64,000 nt of DNA from Paecilomyces variotii. Taxonomy: Eukaryota. This document shows positions 1 to 13,734 of the stretch, one piece after another (position 1 is the stretch's first letter; every line of letters starts with the position of its first letter). The stretch lies in NCBI GenBank assembly GCA_004022145.1, contig RCNU01000009.1; one strand, given 5' to 3'. Made by a program: the position numbers and the translations under genes. The notes beneath the pieces were generated by a model that saw only the letters and a program-made list of their open reading frames with translations, made no database searches and was not told where the DNA came from.

Positions 1-567
1 CTTCCACCGTCTCACAGACTGAACACGGACACTGTCAGGACTCAGTAATGAAAGGGACGGATATATCCAACCGGCATTGGTCTCCATTTTTAGGGTTTTT
101 AAGCTTCAAACCGCGTCTCCGATTCGTGATCTCAATATCTTGCGGTTAGACATTTCGGTCAGCGTCCCGCGCCCATTCTGCTCGTCCACGCGAATCGCAA
201 TCGCTGGTTGATTGTTCGCTCGGTCCACCCTGGGCGCTACCCCCAAGGAACGTGGAAGGGAGAGAGAGAGAGCATCAGGCACGATTCCCAGGACCCCTGA
301 AGTTAGAACGAAGTCGAGAGTTAAGTTAGGCCCCAAGGAGTTGAAACCGTTCCCCTCCGGCCAGCGGTTGATAGCGTCCGCGTCGTGGGCTCGGGCCACA
401 GGGGGGTTTGGTTTGTCCTGGTCTTTCGAGGCACACTTGAGTCCGTCAACTGCACCACTCGACCAATTCTCCATAACTCGACAGTTGTCTCTCCCATTCC
501 TCACCAGATCCTTGCGCTTCTCATTGCTGTCAGGGAGTCGTTCGCGCCTCTCCAATGAGGAACCACC

Positions 568-3500
568 ATGTCTCTCAATGGGTTAGATGATCCCGCCGTC
601 ATCGAGGCCTACCAGACCGCCCTCACTGAAGCGGGAGGATGGTAAGTACCAAGCCCGCCCGCCTGCTCCCCTTGATTCTCCGGCACATCCTATCGCATTC
701 CTCCGTCTTGTGTGATTCATGTCGCAATGTCTGGCTGTGCAAAACTGACGCGGATTCGCCATTGTTCTTTCTCAGGTTGCTTCTGAAATATGTAGGTAGG
801 GATGAGATATCTCTCTTGGGCCGCGGTAGCGGCGGAGTGACCGAGATTCGGGGGATTATGGAGGGTTATGAGGAGAATTCCCCTTTATATGGCTTTCTGC
901 AGTACAGACGGAGAAAAGTCATCCTTCGATATATGCCCGAGGGGATGTCAAGGTTGCTACAAGGTACTGGGGAGCCCCTCATTGAATGAATGCAAGATCA
1001 TATGGGCATTCTTCTTTCTTGTTTTCTTCTGCCCTACACTTCTTACGTATATGCTAATCATCTAATCACTGATTTCTGTAGCTCGCACTACGGTCCAGTT
1101 CCAGTCATTTCTGGACAAATTCTCGCCTCACGATACAGTCTTCGCTCTGGCAGCCGCGTCGGAATTGACGGAAAGTGCATTGTCTTCAGCCTGCTTGCTA
1201 CATGCCGCCTCGGGATCCATGCCTTCTTCCACAAGCTCCCTGCGCCATCGCAGGCTCATGGAGATCACAGAGGATGCAGAAGAAAATGGGATAAACAAAG
1301 AGGAAGCGTCGACACAGTCTGACGACACCGCGGCGGAGAAGAGGAGTCTATACAGCCAGCAGTCAGAGGCCACTGCGGTGCCTCCACGAATAGCGGATGG
1401 AAGCCCACAAGCTGATCATACATCTCCCGGCTCGAAGGCAGACGAGGGACACAGACGACCATCAGTCGCATCGGAACACCACTCAGAGCGTTCTCTCCCT
1501 CAGAGACATCTTTTGGAGCAACTCTCTGAACATAATTACGAGCCACGCCAGTCGTCTCAGTCGACAAGGCCGTCATTCCAAGACTTGGATTCGGGTCTCT
1601 ACCGTCCGAAAGTGAAGCTCGGTCCTCGACCTTCAATGGATGTCAATGGGCGCCCCCGTACGGCCGGGACTCTTTCGCGTGAACGTGACACACGACCAGT
1701 TGCAGCGTTACCTGCAGGAGTCCGGCCATCGAGCGTGCGGAGAACAAATGCGCCTCGACCCAAGTCCCAACCTGGATCTACTAGCATGCTCTCCACTTCG
1801 GCCCATGGCGGTGTGCCCGCGGTGCCTCCACTACTGGTTCCACCGCCGTCGTTAAATATCGCGAGACCCCAATTGTCTCCTGGCGCAAGGTCGCTAACGG
1901 GATCAACATCGTCGGGAATCGCGCCAGAAAAGGAACGACTGATGAAAGCACTCGAATTGCGAAAGAAGCAGATGGAAAAGCGTGCCCAAGACAAAAAGAA
2001 AGAAAAGCCGCAAGATCCTAAGATAAACAGTGTGTTCGACGCCACCGAAGACAAAGAGAACATCGATACCATGCAAGTGAAAGAATTGCAGAGTCATGAG
2101 AAGCAACCTGCTGAATCCGACTCTTTACCGCGTAAAGAGCCACTTTCCGAGTCGGGTCATGTGACTTCCTTGTCCGAAAAGGAGCCGCAGACTGTCACGA
2201 AACCAGCTTCTCCAAGCACTTCCAATCCTGATTCAGCAGTCGATATTGTGGTTGGACGTGCTGAAGATGGCCAACCTTCAAATCCAACGACTCCAGTGCC
2301 ACCTGCGACCTCTTCCCTAGTCGCAGATGAATCACATCTTGCAACTCCACAGGCCACAAAGGATGTTGACACGACAGAGGAGACGCCAAAGCCGACAGCT
2401 ACGGGACTAGGACTTTTAGTGACTGATGACCATATCTCTGGTGGAGTAAATGGATCCGAAACCCCCAAAACAGAAGTATCGGAAAGTTCTACAGGAGGAG
2501 ATCAGTCTTCTACGCCCACGCCTGATGCCATTCCTCCATCTCAGGCAGCATCTTCTGTTGATGACGATGCATCGCAGACCACCGATAGTGAGGTCCCGGG
2601 GCCTAAAATCAAGAAGAAAGATCTGCTTCACCCCATACATGTTGTTTCGGCTCAAGAATTCTCTGATGATGATAACCTGCTTTCCGACGATTCGTTCATG
2701 GAGGAGCTGAAGAGCGCTACGGTACAGGAGGCGCAACCTATATCAGTGGGGAAGTCTTCTCCAGCAGCTCCGATGGTTTCACCTAATAGACTTGCCTTGG
2801 ATGCACCACGCGCAGTTTCCAATCCCAGTGCATTGGGTCAGACCAGCTCTGACATTCAAGCACTTCCAGTAGGCAGATCTATCTCCAGCTCCTACTTTGA
2901 AAACAACCAGCCTCCGCCCCAAGTACTTGTGGCGAAGAAAGTCAACGTGTCCTCCGGCATTTCCAAACGCATCAAAGCGCTCGAGAAGTTCTCGAACAGC
3001 GGTGGCCCGACAACGGTACAGCCGGTTGGCCCCGCACATAGCACTTCTGCCTTCGAGAAGTTTAGGAAGCGTGCGTCTTTCTCCGTGGCTGGCCATAGTC
3101 CCGCCTCGACGACTACTTCCACCCCCCATACGAAGTCTCCTGCATACCTCACTCCTTCTCCGTCTCCAGAACCCACTAAAGCACACACGCTAAGCCAGAG
3201 CTCCCCGCCGAATGCAAGTCGAGGAAAGCCTCCCTCCGTGTCAGTTACAGCTCGAATCGTCCGCGATCCAAGTGTTCCGCCTGCCGATCCTGCAGCTGAT
3301 CCGTCAGAGCCAAGTGCTTTGAATCTTCAGCGTAGCCCGCTGATTGTGGAAAGTGAAGCAACGGATTCAACCCGCCCTTCAAGCCCTCTTCAAGTCCCAG
3401 CTGCGGATGGCAAGTCGGAGGAACGTCGCATGTCCGTGTCGTCCGTGAGCTCACGAGGTGACTCCAATGCAGTTGCAGCTACGAGGTCAGCGAGTGTGGC

Positions 3501-4086
3501 TTCTGCATCTTCACGCGTGACCCCCGATACAGGCTCTAGCCCTGATTCCAAGAAGGAGTCCCGCACTTCCCGTCTGATGCGTCGTATGTCTTCGATGACC
3601 TCGAATTCTCGAAAGAGTGTTATGAATGCGCTGAGCCCACCGCTGAAGGAAGAGGCTCAAGGGCCACCAAAGAAAGACGACGATCTACCTCCGGTACCAC
3701 CTCAGGTAGTAGACATCGGTGAAGTGAATGTCCAGTTCCCGGACACTCTTCTCTGGAAACGAAGGTTTATGCGTATCGACGAGCAGGGATATCTCGTTCT
3801 GACCCCGGGAAACGTTGATTCCAGCACGCGAAATATCATCAAGCGCTATCACCTGTCGGAGTTCAACAAACCGTACCTTCCAGACCAGGACATACAAGAG
3901 CTCCCAAACAGTATTGTGCTGGATTTCCGGAATGGAAGTAGTCTTCAGTGCGCTTGTGAGTCTCGACAAGGACAGGTTGCCGTGCTTCAGAGTAAGTGTC
4001 TCCCCCTTGGCTACGAACCGGTCACAAGCTAACGTACAATAGCTCTGGCCGATGCTCACAGTGCTTATCAGAACTCTTCCGCTTGA
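568..4086 (+). CDS. Conserved fungal protein with N-terminal ADF-H (cofilin/drebrin-like) domain, long S/P-rich disordered middle and C-terminal PH-like domain
   Basis: Manual splice model: exons 568-641, 776-963, 1082-3991, 4043-4086 with GT-AG introns. N-term MSLNGLDDPAVIEAYQ...GGWLLLKY...LYGFLQYRRRKVILRYMPEG resembles ADF-H; C-term VNVQFPDTLLWKRRFMRIDEQGYLVL resembles a PH fold. Confidence 0.75.
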
Positions 4087-4943
4087 ATTATTCGCATTAG
4101 ACTCTTAGCATTTTCTCCCCTCATTTGGATTTCATTCTCATTATATATCTCATCTGTCTAGGTTTTTGTGTCGACATTGCTGTCACCTTCCGGCCTTGTT
4201 CGTGCATTTTCAGCGGTATACCCCGGCAAAACTGTTTCCTTTGTATCTTAGTAGCTGTTTATCTGTCGTATTTCCGTTTCCCTTATTTCTCGGCACGACT
4301 CAGTGTTCTGACGAACAACGTCAACTTTGCCTTCTGTCTCGATATTCGGGCCAGGGCCCCTTTTGAATGGGCTTAGAAGCGAGATGTTTTGACCGCAGTT
4401 TCACATCTGCACTGAGGCACCCTTGGTTCGTTCGGGGCGAATTTTTGACTTTCTTCGAGTCTTCTCAACCCATACCAAACTTCCCTTTTCTCGCATCTTT
4501 TTGATTCTACCACACCTGTATTTCTTCATTTTTTTGGCAGTGAATTCTGCATCCGACAGCGCCCTTCGCGGCCCATCATTCCTTTCTTCTTTTCCTATTC
4601 ACAGTCCAGGGAGATTGCGAGACGTATTGCCAGTCCTCTATCACTCGTTCAAAAACGCTTCTTTCCTTTCTTAATGCATGTTGGCGAGTCTATAACTTTT
4701 TAGTAACTACATCATATCTTTTGACCAAAGGAGGTCCAGGTCGTTCGGAAGAGGGTGGGATATTAAAATTCATCCTTCGGAGTTTCTAGAAATTGAATGG
4801 AAGTTTTTGGTTCTGCAATTTATGTCGCGCTGTGTTACCGGAAGATTGTAGATCGGTTCTCTCCAGCTAGAGTCTATGTCGTATAAACCTATCAAGTATG
4901 CGATACCGTTGCTTTTCTAATGTATAAAGTACTTCGATTTTTC

Positions 4944-6286
4944 CTAGTCCTGCTTCTTCTGCTCCCAGTCATCTAGCAGCCGCTTGACTTTCGGACCCCA
5001 GACGTCCTCGCCGGCGTCTAGATCCTTATACTCGACGATATTGTCGGACTCGAGCGTGAAATCACCTTGTCTGGTCCGGACGAGCGAAGTCATCAGGGCG
5101 CAACTGCCGACGGCTTTTCCTAGATCGTGTGCCAAGGAGCGCACGTAGAATCCGGATGATACAGTCATGGTGATCTTCACGGCGGCAGGACCGGTAGATG
5201 ACTTGGAGGATTCTGAAGGAGGAGCAGGAGCGGAGGCGGCAGTAGTTTCTTCTTGTGCGGCATTCTCTGCATCATCTGGTTGCTGGTTTTCGACTGTAGC
5301 TGATTCTCCTTCAGTAGATATCTTCTGCTTCTTGGATGATGGCCCCGTCTCAGCGGGATTTTGCGTTTCCGCACTGTCTCCGCCAGGTGTCACTGCTGGA
5401 GGGGATTTTCGCTTCGATGAAGACGCCTCTTCGCTGTGCTTCGCTTCTTCAGCTTCTTGAGCTGATGCGACTGGGACCTCCGCGTCCTTCTCCAGCATCT
5501 TCTGCGCAACGGCCTTTTCCTCGCCCGTCATCTCTTCCTCTGGAATTTTCCACTCGTGGGTACCAGGCGCGTACCACTCAAGGATCTCCAGATTCGACAC
5601 CTCCACAGGTCTAGCCTTGATCTCAATTGGCGGCTCCCTGCCTTCCCTCGCATACTCATAGAGCTTCTTGCCCTGGACCTTCAACGCAGAAAAGATAGGC
5701 GGCCGCTGCATGATAGGGCCTCTAAATTGCTCCAGGGCCTTCTCAACTATCTCTCTCGTTATATGCTCGTAGGGACACCGACGCACAACCTTCCCCATCG
5801 AATCATACGTATCCGTCTCCGCTCCGAACAGGACGACCGTCTCGTATGTCTTCGTACAGCCCAGGAAACCCTGCAATTGCTTTGTACCCTTTCCAATTCC
5901 CGTAATCAACACACCCGTAGCGAGCGGATCCAGCGTGCCTCCATGTCCAATCTTCACGTCCACGCGCTGGTTTCTGCGACGACGGCGCTGGAAATCATTT
6001 TCGCGCTTGCGCCGGTCGCGCTCGTTTTCAATCCACGGCCTGAATGTCTCGGAGGGATTGAAATGCTGCTGGAGCTTGCGGATCACATCGGCGGAGGTGA
6101 CGCCTTGGGGTTTATGAACGGCTGTGGCATTTTTTCGCCGTCTGTTAGTTTTGATGTTTCAAATGGACTTTTTTTTATTCTTCACGGTGAAGCGCATAAT
6201 CAGGAAGGGCTTGATCGATGGGGAGGGCTTTGAATAGTGGAAAGAAACACACCGAAGACACCCTCGTAGATCTTTTCTCCGGACAT
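4944..6286 (-). CDS. pus4: tRNA pseudouridine(55) synthase (TruB family)
   Basis: KIGHGGTLDPLATGVL catalytic motif, PPIFSALKVQGKKLYEYAREG, VSSGFYVRSLAHDLG. Short first exon MSGEKIYEGVF from ATG 6286, with one intron joining to AVHKPQGVTSADVIRKL. Confidence 0.93.
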
Positions 6287-6769
6287 GACTTTTTTAAAGT
6301 GTTTGAATCCGGGGCGGAAGCCCATCAAGACCGTCAAGCTTGGATGATGATGATGCGGAGCAAGTTTGACGGATGAGATCAAAGAACGAGATCCGGTACC
6401 AGTTGCAGAAGATCGCAGCAGCTAGTGGCTATGCGATCTGTGAAATGCTGCTCCAGATCGTAAATAGCTTGCCCAAAGAAACGAAGATTGGGTTTGCGGC
6501 AGTTCAATCGATAATACTAATAATTATTATCTGGTCGAGAAGCAATTGCAATTAATGAAATGCGGGCGTAATTTTGGTATCACGTCTGGTAAAGTTTTGG
6601 TAAATACGATACCGAAACCATCGGAGAGCAATCGACATAGTTAGCCAACACGAACGCGCGCTCAGGAATCTCAGCAAGCACTCATTGCCCGTCTCAGTCA
6701 TCCTACCTCCGGATTCACCTCTCAATCTTCCTTTCTCATCTTCAATGCCAACATGGTGCCTCCGGAGAC

Positions 6770-8679
6770 ATGACGTCGCGAGAAGAGAATGTCCTGGCCG
6801 CCAGAGACCCGTCCATCGATGACGAGAATGACTGGCAGGAGTTCAGCCTGACCGATGTAAAGGTCCTCATACCCGGCAAATCTCGTTATGCGAACCTACT
6901 CACTGCCTCTGCAGATAACCCAGTCCGCGTCACTGGGAGTCTGGATGAGGTCGAAGAGGAACAAGAGTCTCTAGGTATGTAGTTAGTGTTTTACTCGTTC
7001 ATTGCCCATCCTCATCGCCGTGGAGGCGATGGCTTTTCCCATCACGCTTTCTATTTAAATTAGAGATCGCTAATGCCAGTGATGTGCTCTATGTATAGTT
7101 CTTGATGAAGATTACCTTTCTAAACGAATCGTCATCGATAATGTGACGCACTACGCTTACGGCCAACATGATGATGGAGAGGTCGGCATCTGGGTCGCTG
7201 GCCAAGCAGGATGGTATTCTATCACCCCCGCGAGGGGCTATCGGCCTGTCTTCAATGAGATGGTAGAGGCTATTGACCTGTTATATTTCCTAGCGGATAG
7301 ACATCAGAGGAGGCGCGGGAAGCGGAAGAATTGGAATCCTACCGTGGAATACCTCTGTGACGAGGTTGGTGCCTTCCCCATTGCGTCGAATTCTCTGCTG
7401 ACTTGGATTTTTTATCTGAACTGGTAGTATGTCAATCACACGCATGGAATCTGTGAAGATGGAGACGACTCTGCGGAAGTGTTTTACAAGCATCATAGCT
7501 TTCTCATCAGCCAGATGCTCAATCCGAAAGAAGGGGTCAATTGGGCGGAGACGAATATCTTCGAGCATCTTTGTGAGAAATTCCCCGTAAGGTTTAACTT
7601 CCACATTTCTACGCTGTTTACGCGGTCTAATTATTGTGTAGGAAGAATACGAACGGATAAAGTCGAAAAGCGAAACCAAGACCAACAACGAGGAAGAAGA
7701 GCAAGATGGGCAAGTCGAGACCGCTCCTCATGTTCATGATGCGGAGACTCTTGCGAGAAACCAAGCCGATGCAATATTCAAGATAATCCTGGACTTGAAG
7801 GAGGCGGGAGCGCTTGCGAAGCGCCAATTGAACCTCGACCTCGTTGCCAGTACCCTGAAGGATCGTTTCGAGATAGACACTGTCGAATACGCACATGACC
7901 TTATCACTGCGCGGGCAACAGCTCTGATTGAGATGATGGACGAGGCAAGGACAACAAGCTTCGACTGGTCTCGCAAGGCTATCTACCGGGAGCTTAAGAG
8001 TGCAGTGGAAAACAGTGATGCGCAACATGTAGCCATAACTCCGTTACGGCCAAGAGCACCGATCGAAGATGAATCGTCTGACAGCGAAAGCGAACCTGAA
8101 GATAACGCAAGAGGCCGTAGGCGTCGAGTTCGGAAGTCGGTCCTACGACCGAAAATCGCTTCGGTGTCCTCGAAGCAAGTCGGGAAACGCACACGCGCCG
8201 CTGCTGCGCAGGAGCTTGAAATGTCCGATGATAGCGACAATCCTGCAGATGATGTCCAGACCCCAAGCAAAGTTCGCGGTCATGAGCTTGTTCGCGACCC
8301 GCTATCTACACGAGCTAAAAGAAGGACTCGATCGATCCTTTCAGACACGGACTCTCCATCGGTCGATAGAACTGTGAAACAAGAGAGCACTCAGCCAGAT
8401 GCTCTTTCGCATGCTGCAGATGAGTCGCAAATCTCCGCTGATCCAGATAACCCAGAGCCAGAGACATGGGTATGCCCTGTCCAGGGTTGTGATAAGGTCA
8501 TACACAAAGCTGGTACCAAACGGTCGAAACAGATGATCCAAGACCACTCTCTTGGACATGCAGAAGATACCCAATCGAAACTTGAACTGGTGCTTGCCGA
8601 ACAGCGCCTCAACATCAATCTCTCTGTTGACAATCTGATCAGCCGGATTCGAGGGTTCGGCTCCGTGGAGCCCCTATGA
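6770..8679 (+). CDS. RFTS (DNMT1 replication-foci-targeting) domain protein with C-terminal C2H2-like finger; Raf2-like
   Basis: Exons 6770-6974, 7099-7364, 7428-7586, 7642-8679 splice in frame. N-term ...THYAYGQHDDGEVGIWVAGQAGWYSITPARGYRPVF matches the RFTS pattern; C-term WVCPVQGCDK...IQDHSLGH. No methyltransferase motifs. Confidence 0.7.
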
Positions 8680-9495
8680 GTCTGAAACTGATAAGAAAAT
8701 ACTCATTATGCATGCGTATGAAAAAGCGCCGGCTACTGGGCACAACTTCAACGAGTTGTAAGACCATTGCATACATACAGCAAGGCGCACACAGTCGGTA
8801 CTGTTATGTTCCAATGTCCCCGATGAAAATTCATCGAGGGGAGCATGTCGAATTCATACTCATCTATGAAATTACTCATAACGAAATATTAATAAATGGA
8901 TGGAATATCATGATATGATGTTCGCTTGGTGAATGATACCAAATCTTTGAGTGATGATACGATCTGAACACGACTATCAAATATGCAGGGATATAAATAG
9001 AATAAAAGAGTTTACAGTGAGCTAGTTACGATGTAATTATATATGAATCGATGTATATCAACACTACGCTTATCTTGTTTGCCCGCAGAGAGCATTGTAA
9101 TTATCGATTGATATCAAACTATTGATCAGTTCCTTAAAATGTAATCTCCATGTTCATCAATAGTTCTATTTGGCATGAATAGAAGCAAAGAATGCAAATC
9201 ATCCGTTTGGCCTATTCCATGTATGTACGTATCTTTTTTTTCTCTCCCAGCCGTACGAAAATAATGGGGTATATGCCGAACTAGGCATAAATGACACAGG
9301 ACCAGAGGAAGGAAAGAAAGAAAGAAAGAAACCATTCATTCACTGTTGACACCGACCGGTATGTATGTGGAAAGAAAAATGAAACTAGACAGAAGAAATA
9401 ATGTCCCAGAGAGGACAAGACAGGATGTATACAATATGACCAGACCCAATTTTTTTTAGTTCCCTCAGACAAAATGGAAAGAATCAATCAATCGA

Positions 9496-10805
9496 TCAAG
9501 CTCTACCGGCTTTTCTTCTGCTCTTGCCCAATCTCTTACTGCCGCCAGCCTTTTTGCCGCCGGCTTTCATCCTCTTCGCTGAGAAATTGCTCAGGTCACC
9601 GCTGGAGATGGCGTCGCCGCTCTTATTGTGTCGCTTCTTGCCGCCAAAGCCGAACTTCTCGTTCTTCTTCTGACGCTTGAGGTTGGGACCGCCGGCAGAG
9701 TGCTTCCTGTCCTTGGTGGGTTCTTCAAGAGCGATGTCGAAGAGATCCTCGTCGTTGGCTGGGCCGGTAGTTCCTTCGTTGCCGCGCTCTAAAGTGGGAC
9801 TGGGGTTGGTAATTGCTAATATAGCATCAGGGGTTGAAAGGAAGGTAGGCACTCACTTCTCTTCAGACTGTTGATCTTCTCCAGAGTCTCTCGCTTCTCC
9901 TTCTGTCTCTGTTGCAGCTTGGCGATCTGAACCTGCTTACCGAATTTCTTCAGGTCACGCTGGCGACGGGCATCCGCGGCAGCCTTCTTTGCAGCGGCCT
10001 CGTCATACAGCTTCTTCTTGATCTTGCCCATGTGCTCGTCGTTCTTGACCATTTCGGCAAAGTAGTCACCGGGCCGCGTGAAGGGGATGCCCTCTTTCTT
10101 CAGCAAGCCGCGCGCCTGGGCAGCGGCGGACTGGCAGACCTTGTAGAAGGCCAGCTCGCGGTTCAGGTCGTCATCGGGGTCGGGCACTTCAATGGGCTCT
10201 TTCGAGACGAGGGAGTTGTGTTCGGAGAAAGGAGTCTGCGGGGTGATGAAGGAGATGCGCTTGATGGAGGCGGTAATGGCGGCAGAGTTGTTGATAGTGA
10301 GACGCTGATGGGGGATCACATCGGCGCGCTCATCGCCCGAGAGATCTGAAAGAGGGATATCTTCTTCTTCTTCTTCTTCTTCCTCCTCCTCCTCTTCATC
10401 CTCTTCTTCATCTTCCTCCTCAGCGCCCGACTTGTCCTCAGATTCCTCATCGGCCCGTTGTTCGTCATTTTCCTCGGATCCATTTGTCTGTGCTTTTTCC
10501 TCCTCCTCCTTCTTTCCATTAACTGCCTTTACTTCCGTCTTCTATATCAAAAAGATCAACCGTTAGCTTTTCTGATACAAAATACAATTACCGCAAAGAA
10601 AACAGCACGATAACAGAAACCCAATTAAAAGTAAAGTAAAGAGAGCACATACCTTTTCATCCGTCTCCTCTCCATCTTCCTCTTTCTTCGCCTTCTTGGC
10701 CTTCCTCTTCTCTGCCGCCTTGACTAGCTTCTTCTGACGCTCTGCTTCGTAGTCTCGGCCCTTGTGCGCATCAAGCGCCAGGAGGAGCTTGCTCTTCTTG
10801 ACCAT
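9496..10805 (-). CDS. ebp2: rRNA-processing protein Ebp2
   Basis: DDDLNRELAFYK, FTRPGDYFAEMVKNDEHM, RQRDLKKFGKQVQ and KNEKFGFGGKKR motifs; acidic N-terminal tract; two introns (about 10545-10652 and 9793-9855). Confidence 0.93.
10359..10420. repeat. (TTC/TCC)n trinucleotide tract encoding the poly-Glu region of Ebp2
   Basis: Visible cttcttctt...tcctcctcc run on the + strand. Confidence 0.8.
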
Positions 10806-11337
10806 TTTGGATAATTGCCCTCTCTCCTCTGAAACCTGAACAGATCAGAAAAAAAATAAAGCAAAGAAAGAAATATCTGCTCTAAAAAAAAGAGCAAAAG
10901 ACGAAGAGAGAGAGAGAGAGAGAGATGATGCCCGAGTCGCGGAACTTTCTTTCTCAAGCCCAGAACGGGAAACTCTCTGGGAATTTTTTGGATTACAGCT
11001 AGTCCATATCAGGATTAGTCTATTTTACCGTCTAATCGATAACGAACTACGACTAAAACGGAATAGTTCGATATCTTCCAGATCGAGGGGGCAGTTTCTT
11101 GGCAGAGTAGTGATTAGTAAGCCCCGCGTCGCCGAATCAACAGTTGCGCGCTGCGCTGCGGGATGCGGGTTTGTGATTATGGTCTGCATTAGATATACAG
11201 AGGAGTTACTTCGAGTAATTTCTTAGAGGTGTTGCGCGTCGGTTTCATAATTGCCTTTACATTCTTCCTTTTGTCATTTGATTTTTGCCTGTCTCAAAAG
11301 AGAGCAACGATTGGAAACCCGCGGAGAACCCTAAACA

Positions 11338-11819
11338 ATGTCCGAACAGACTGTATCAACACCAGCGTCCAAACCACCCGGGAGTCCTGTTCCGCCAACA
11401 AGTGTGAGTTATTTTGAACCATCCCTTTCTCTCCCTCTCTCTCGGGCAGTGAGTTGCGTAGCATTCGCGAAGAGGAGAAGAAGAGGAAGAAGAATCACTT
11501 AAGAAAGAGAAGTAGCTAATTGTCCACCCTGTTGTTATATATAGGCTACAGATGCCTCCGGTTCTCAGGAGCTCGCTGCCGCCGTCGATGACCTCTTAGA
11601 TCAGCTACAGCATAAATTCGATAATGTGTCGAGTGAGATCTTTGGAAAACGTGAGTTGGGCTGTGTTGCCTCTCCTTTAGGAGGATTTGATCCAGAAGAA
11701 GGACGGAAGACTAATGGTGTCTACGTTTTGTCTCGATTATAGTTGACGATATGGCGCGACGACTTGACGAGCTGGAAGCTTCCTTGACGGTTGCGAGCGA
11801 TACAACAACAGCGAAGTGA
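11338..11819 (+). CDS. Heat shock factor binding protein 1 (HSBP1) family small coiled-coil protein
   Basis: Exons 11338-11403, 11545-11651, 11743-11819 with canonical sites give MSEQTV...ELAAAVDDLLDQLQHKFDNVSSEIFGKLDDMARRLDELEASL..., the HSBP1 signature. Absent from the ORF track. Confidence 0.85.
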
Positions 11820-12288
11820 GGGGTAGCGGTGCCATCATGGCGGAATATAATTATGGAAGTCTCGAGAGGCTTTGCGCTCTTTGTGAGGATCTAGTGGCGT
11901 TCAATGGTGTTTTTGGTCGATAAGCTGCGTTGGGTTGGATACCACTATTTGATGTTATTGCTGCATTACGTCGTTCGCATTCGCATACTGCCGATTACAC
12001 TATGCTTATGGCAAGAGTTTCTTATACCTGTCTGGGGAATTTGATTTTTTGCCCTTCGGATTGATCATGAGACAATGGTTGATTCGGAGAAATAATATGC
12101 CAGATCAATGCCTCCCTGGGGCCATTGGCCCCCGAGATATGGTTGCCGGTATGCCCTCTATATTTAGCTAATCTCACATGACTTGTCGACTACCGACAAG
12201 CTTTCATACATTAAAAGTCTAAGACCAAATCAATCAAGTACCCGCCGGGTATATACTTGATCCAAAAGTAGCATATCATTCTCCAAAT

Positions 12289-13471
12289 CTACAACTCGTC
12301 CTTCTCCTGCTTGTCGATGCTGAGGAACTGGCGGAGAATGTTGCTTCTGGCGACAATGTCATCGACCTTTTCGGGAGCAAGGCCACCCTTCTGCAGGATC
12401 TTCTTCAGACGGTTGTACTCCTTGGTAGCGTAGACATCGCTCTCGCTGAGCTTCTCAGTAACTCGGATGTAGTACTGAGCGTACTTCTCCTGAACGCTCT
12501 TGGAGGCCTTCTTGATCTCATCAACCAGCTTGTTGAAGTTGTGAGCGGGAGCATACTGCGAAACGACGCTGTCGAGAGCGGGGATGGTGCCAGCCTTGTC
12601 ATCGAGGCCACCACCGACGGTGCGGTGGGTGCCGGTCTTCTCGTTGAGCCATTCAACGAAAGCCTCCTCAGAGCGAGCACCCTCGTAGATGATAGGCTCC
12701 TTGGAGCCCTTGGGGAAGAACTTGATTGTGGGATAACCCGTGACACCCTGCTCCTTGGCCGTAGCCTTCGCGTTCTCGGCTTCGGCGTCAACCTTGGCGA
12801 TCACAACTTCCGGCTCGAGGGCAAAGTCATTGGCGACCTTCTCCCAGATGGGGGCGAGGTTCTTGCAGTCTACGGTAAATGGTTAGTCCTACGTTCAAAT
12901 CGGAAACGCGTGCCTATCTCGATGATAAGAGAGAGGGTGTTCACTTACGTCCACACCAAGGGGCAGTAAACGCGACGAGGAAGTTCTTGTCTCCTCCAAT
13001 CTCAGACTTGAACGAAGAGTCCGTCAGCATCTCGACCTTGCTGGGCTCCTTCTTAGGCAGACGGGGCTTGATGCCAGTCTTCTCCGTGATGAAGGCCGAC
13101 AGGCTCTCCAGGTCACGTCCACCATTGTATTCCTGGGGCTTGTCGCTCTTTCCATCGAAGAACTTGATCGTGGGGAATCCCTGGATGCCATACTTCTTGC
13201 CGAGAGACTTGTGCTCATCTGCGTCAACCTTACCAATGACAAGCTTGTCCTCCGCGTACTGGAATGCCTGCGCGAGCTCCTCGTAAACCGGGGCAAGGTT
13301 ACGGCAGTGACCACACCAAGGGGCAAAGAATTCGACCAGCGCAGGCTTGCCAGACTTCAAGACGACCTTGTCAAAGTTGCTTGGGATCAGGTCGAGAACA
13401 GCAGACTCAGCGCTGACCAGGTTCGTGAGCAGAGCCAAGCAGCTCACGAACAAGAAGCTCAGGCGAGCCAT
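12289..13471 (-). CDS. tigA: Protein disulfide isomerase-like TigA/ERp38
   Basis: Signal peptide, two thioredoxin domains with APWCGHC (the second split by an intron at about 12869-12949), ERp29c-like helical tail, C-terminal KDEL. Confidence 0.95.
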
Positions 13472-13734
13472 ATTGTTGTATAGGTGGCTCTAACCGTACA
13501 CAGTACGTAAAAACCCGAGGGAGGCAGGGAATGGAAAAAGGAAGAAAGTCCCAATGTGCACAGCACCAGAGATGGATTCGTCAGATAATGACGAAAAAGA
13601 AAAAACGACGTGGTGGTGTTGAGTGAGCAAGGCGCTCGTTACAGGTCTGCGGGAGATGGAAGGCTGATACTGCGGAGGGCCGAGCAACGCTAAAAAGCGA
13701 GAAGCTCCCGCGCGTTTTGCCGCGGAGCTGACCA

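Noticed and set aside
106-586. Overlapping 149-aa and 124-aa ORFs at the window start
   Set aside because: Low-complexity promoter/UTR sequence with GA repeats; no recognisable motifs; the real gene starts at 568.
5556-6233. 225-aa + strand ORF
   Set aside because: Antisense shadow of pus4.
8910-8970. TGATG/GTGATGA...CTGA arrangement suggesting a box C/D snoRNA
   Set aside because: Too short, imperfect C box, no adequate guide segment or terminal stem.
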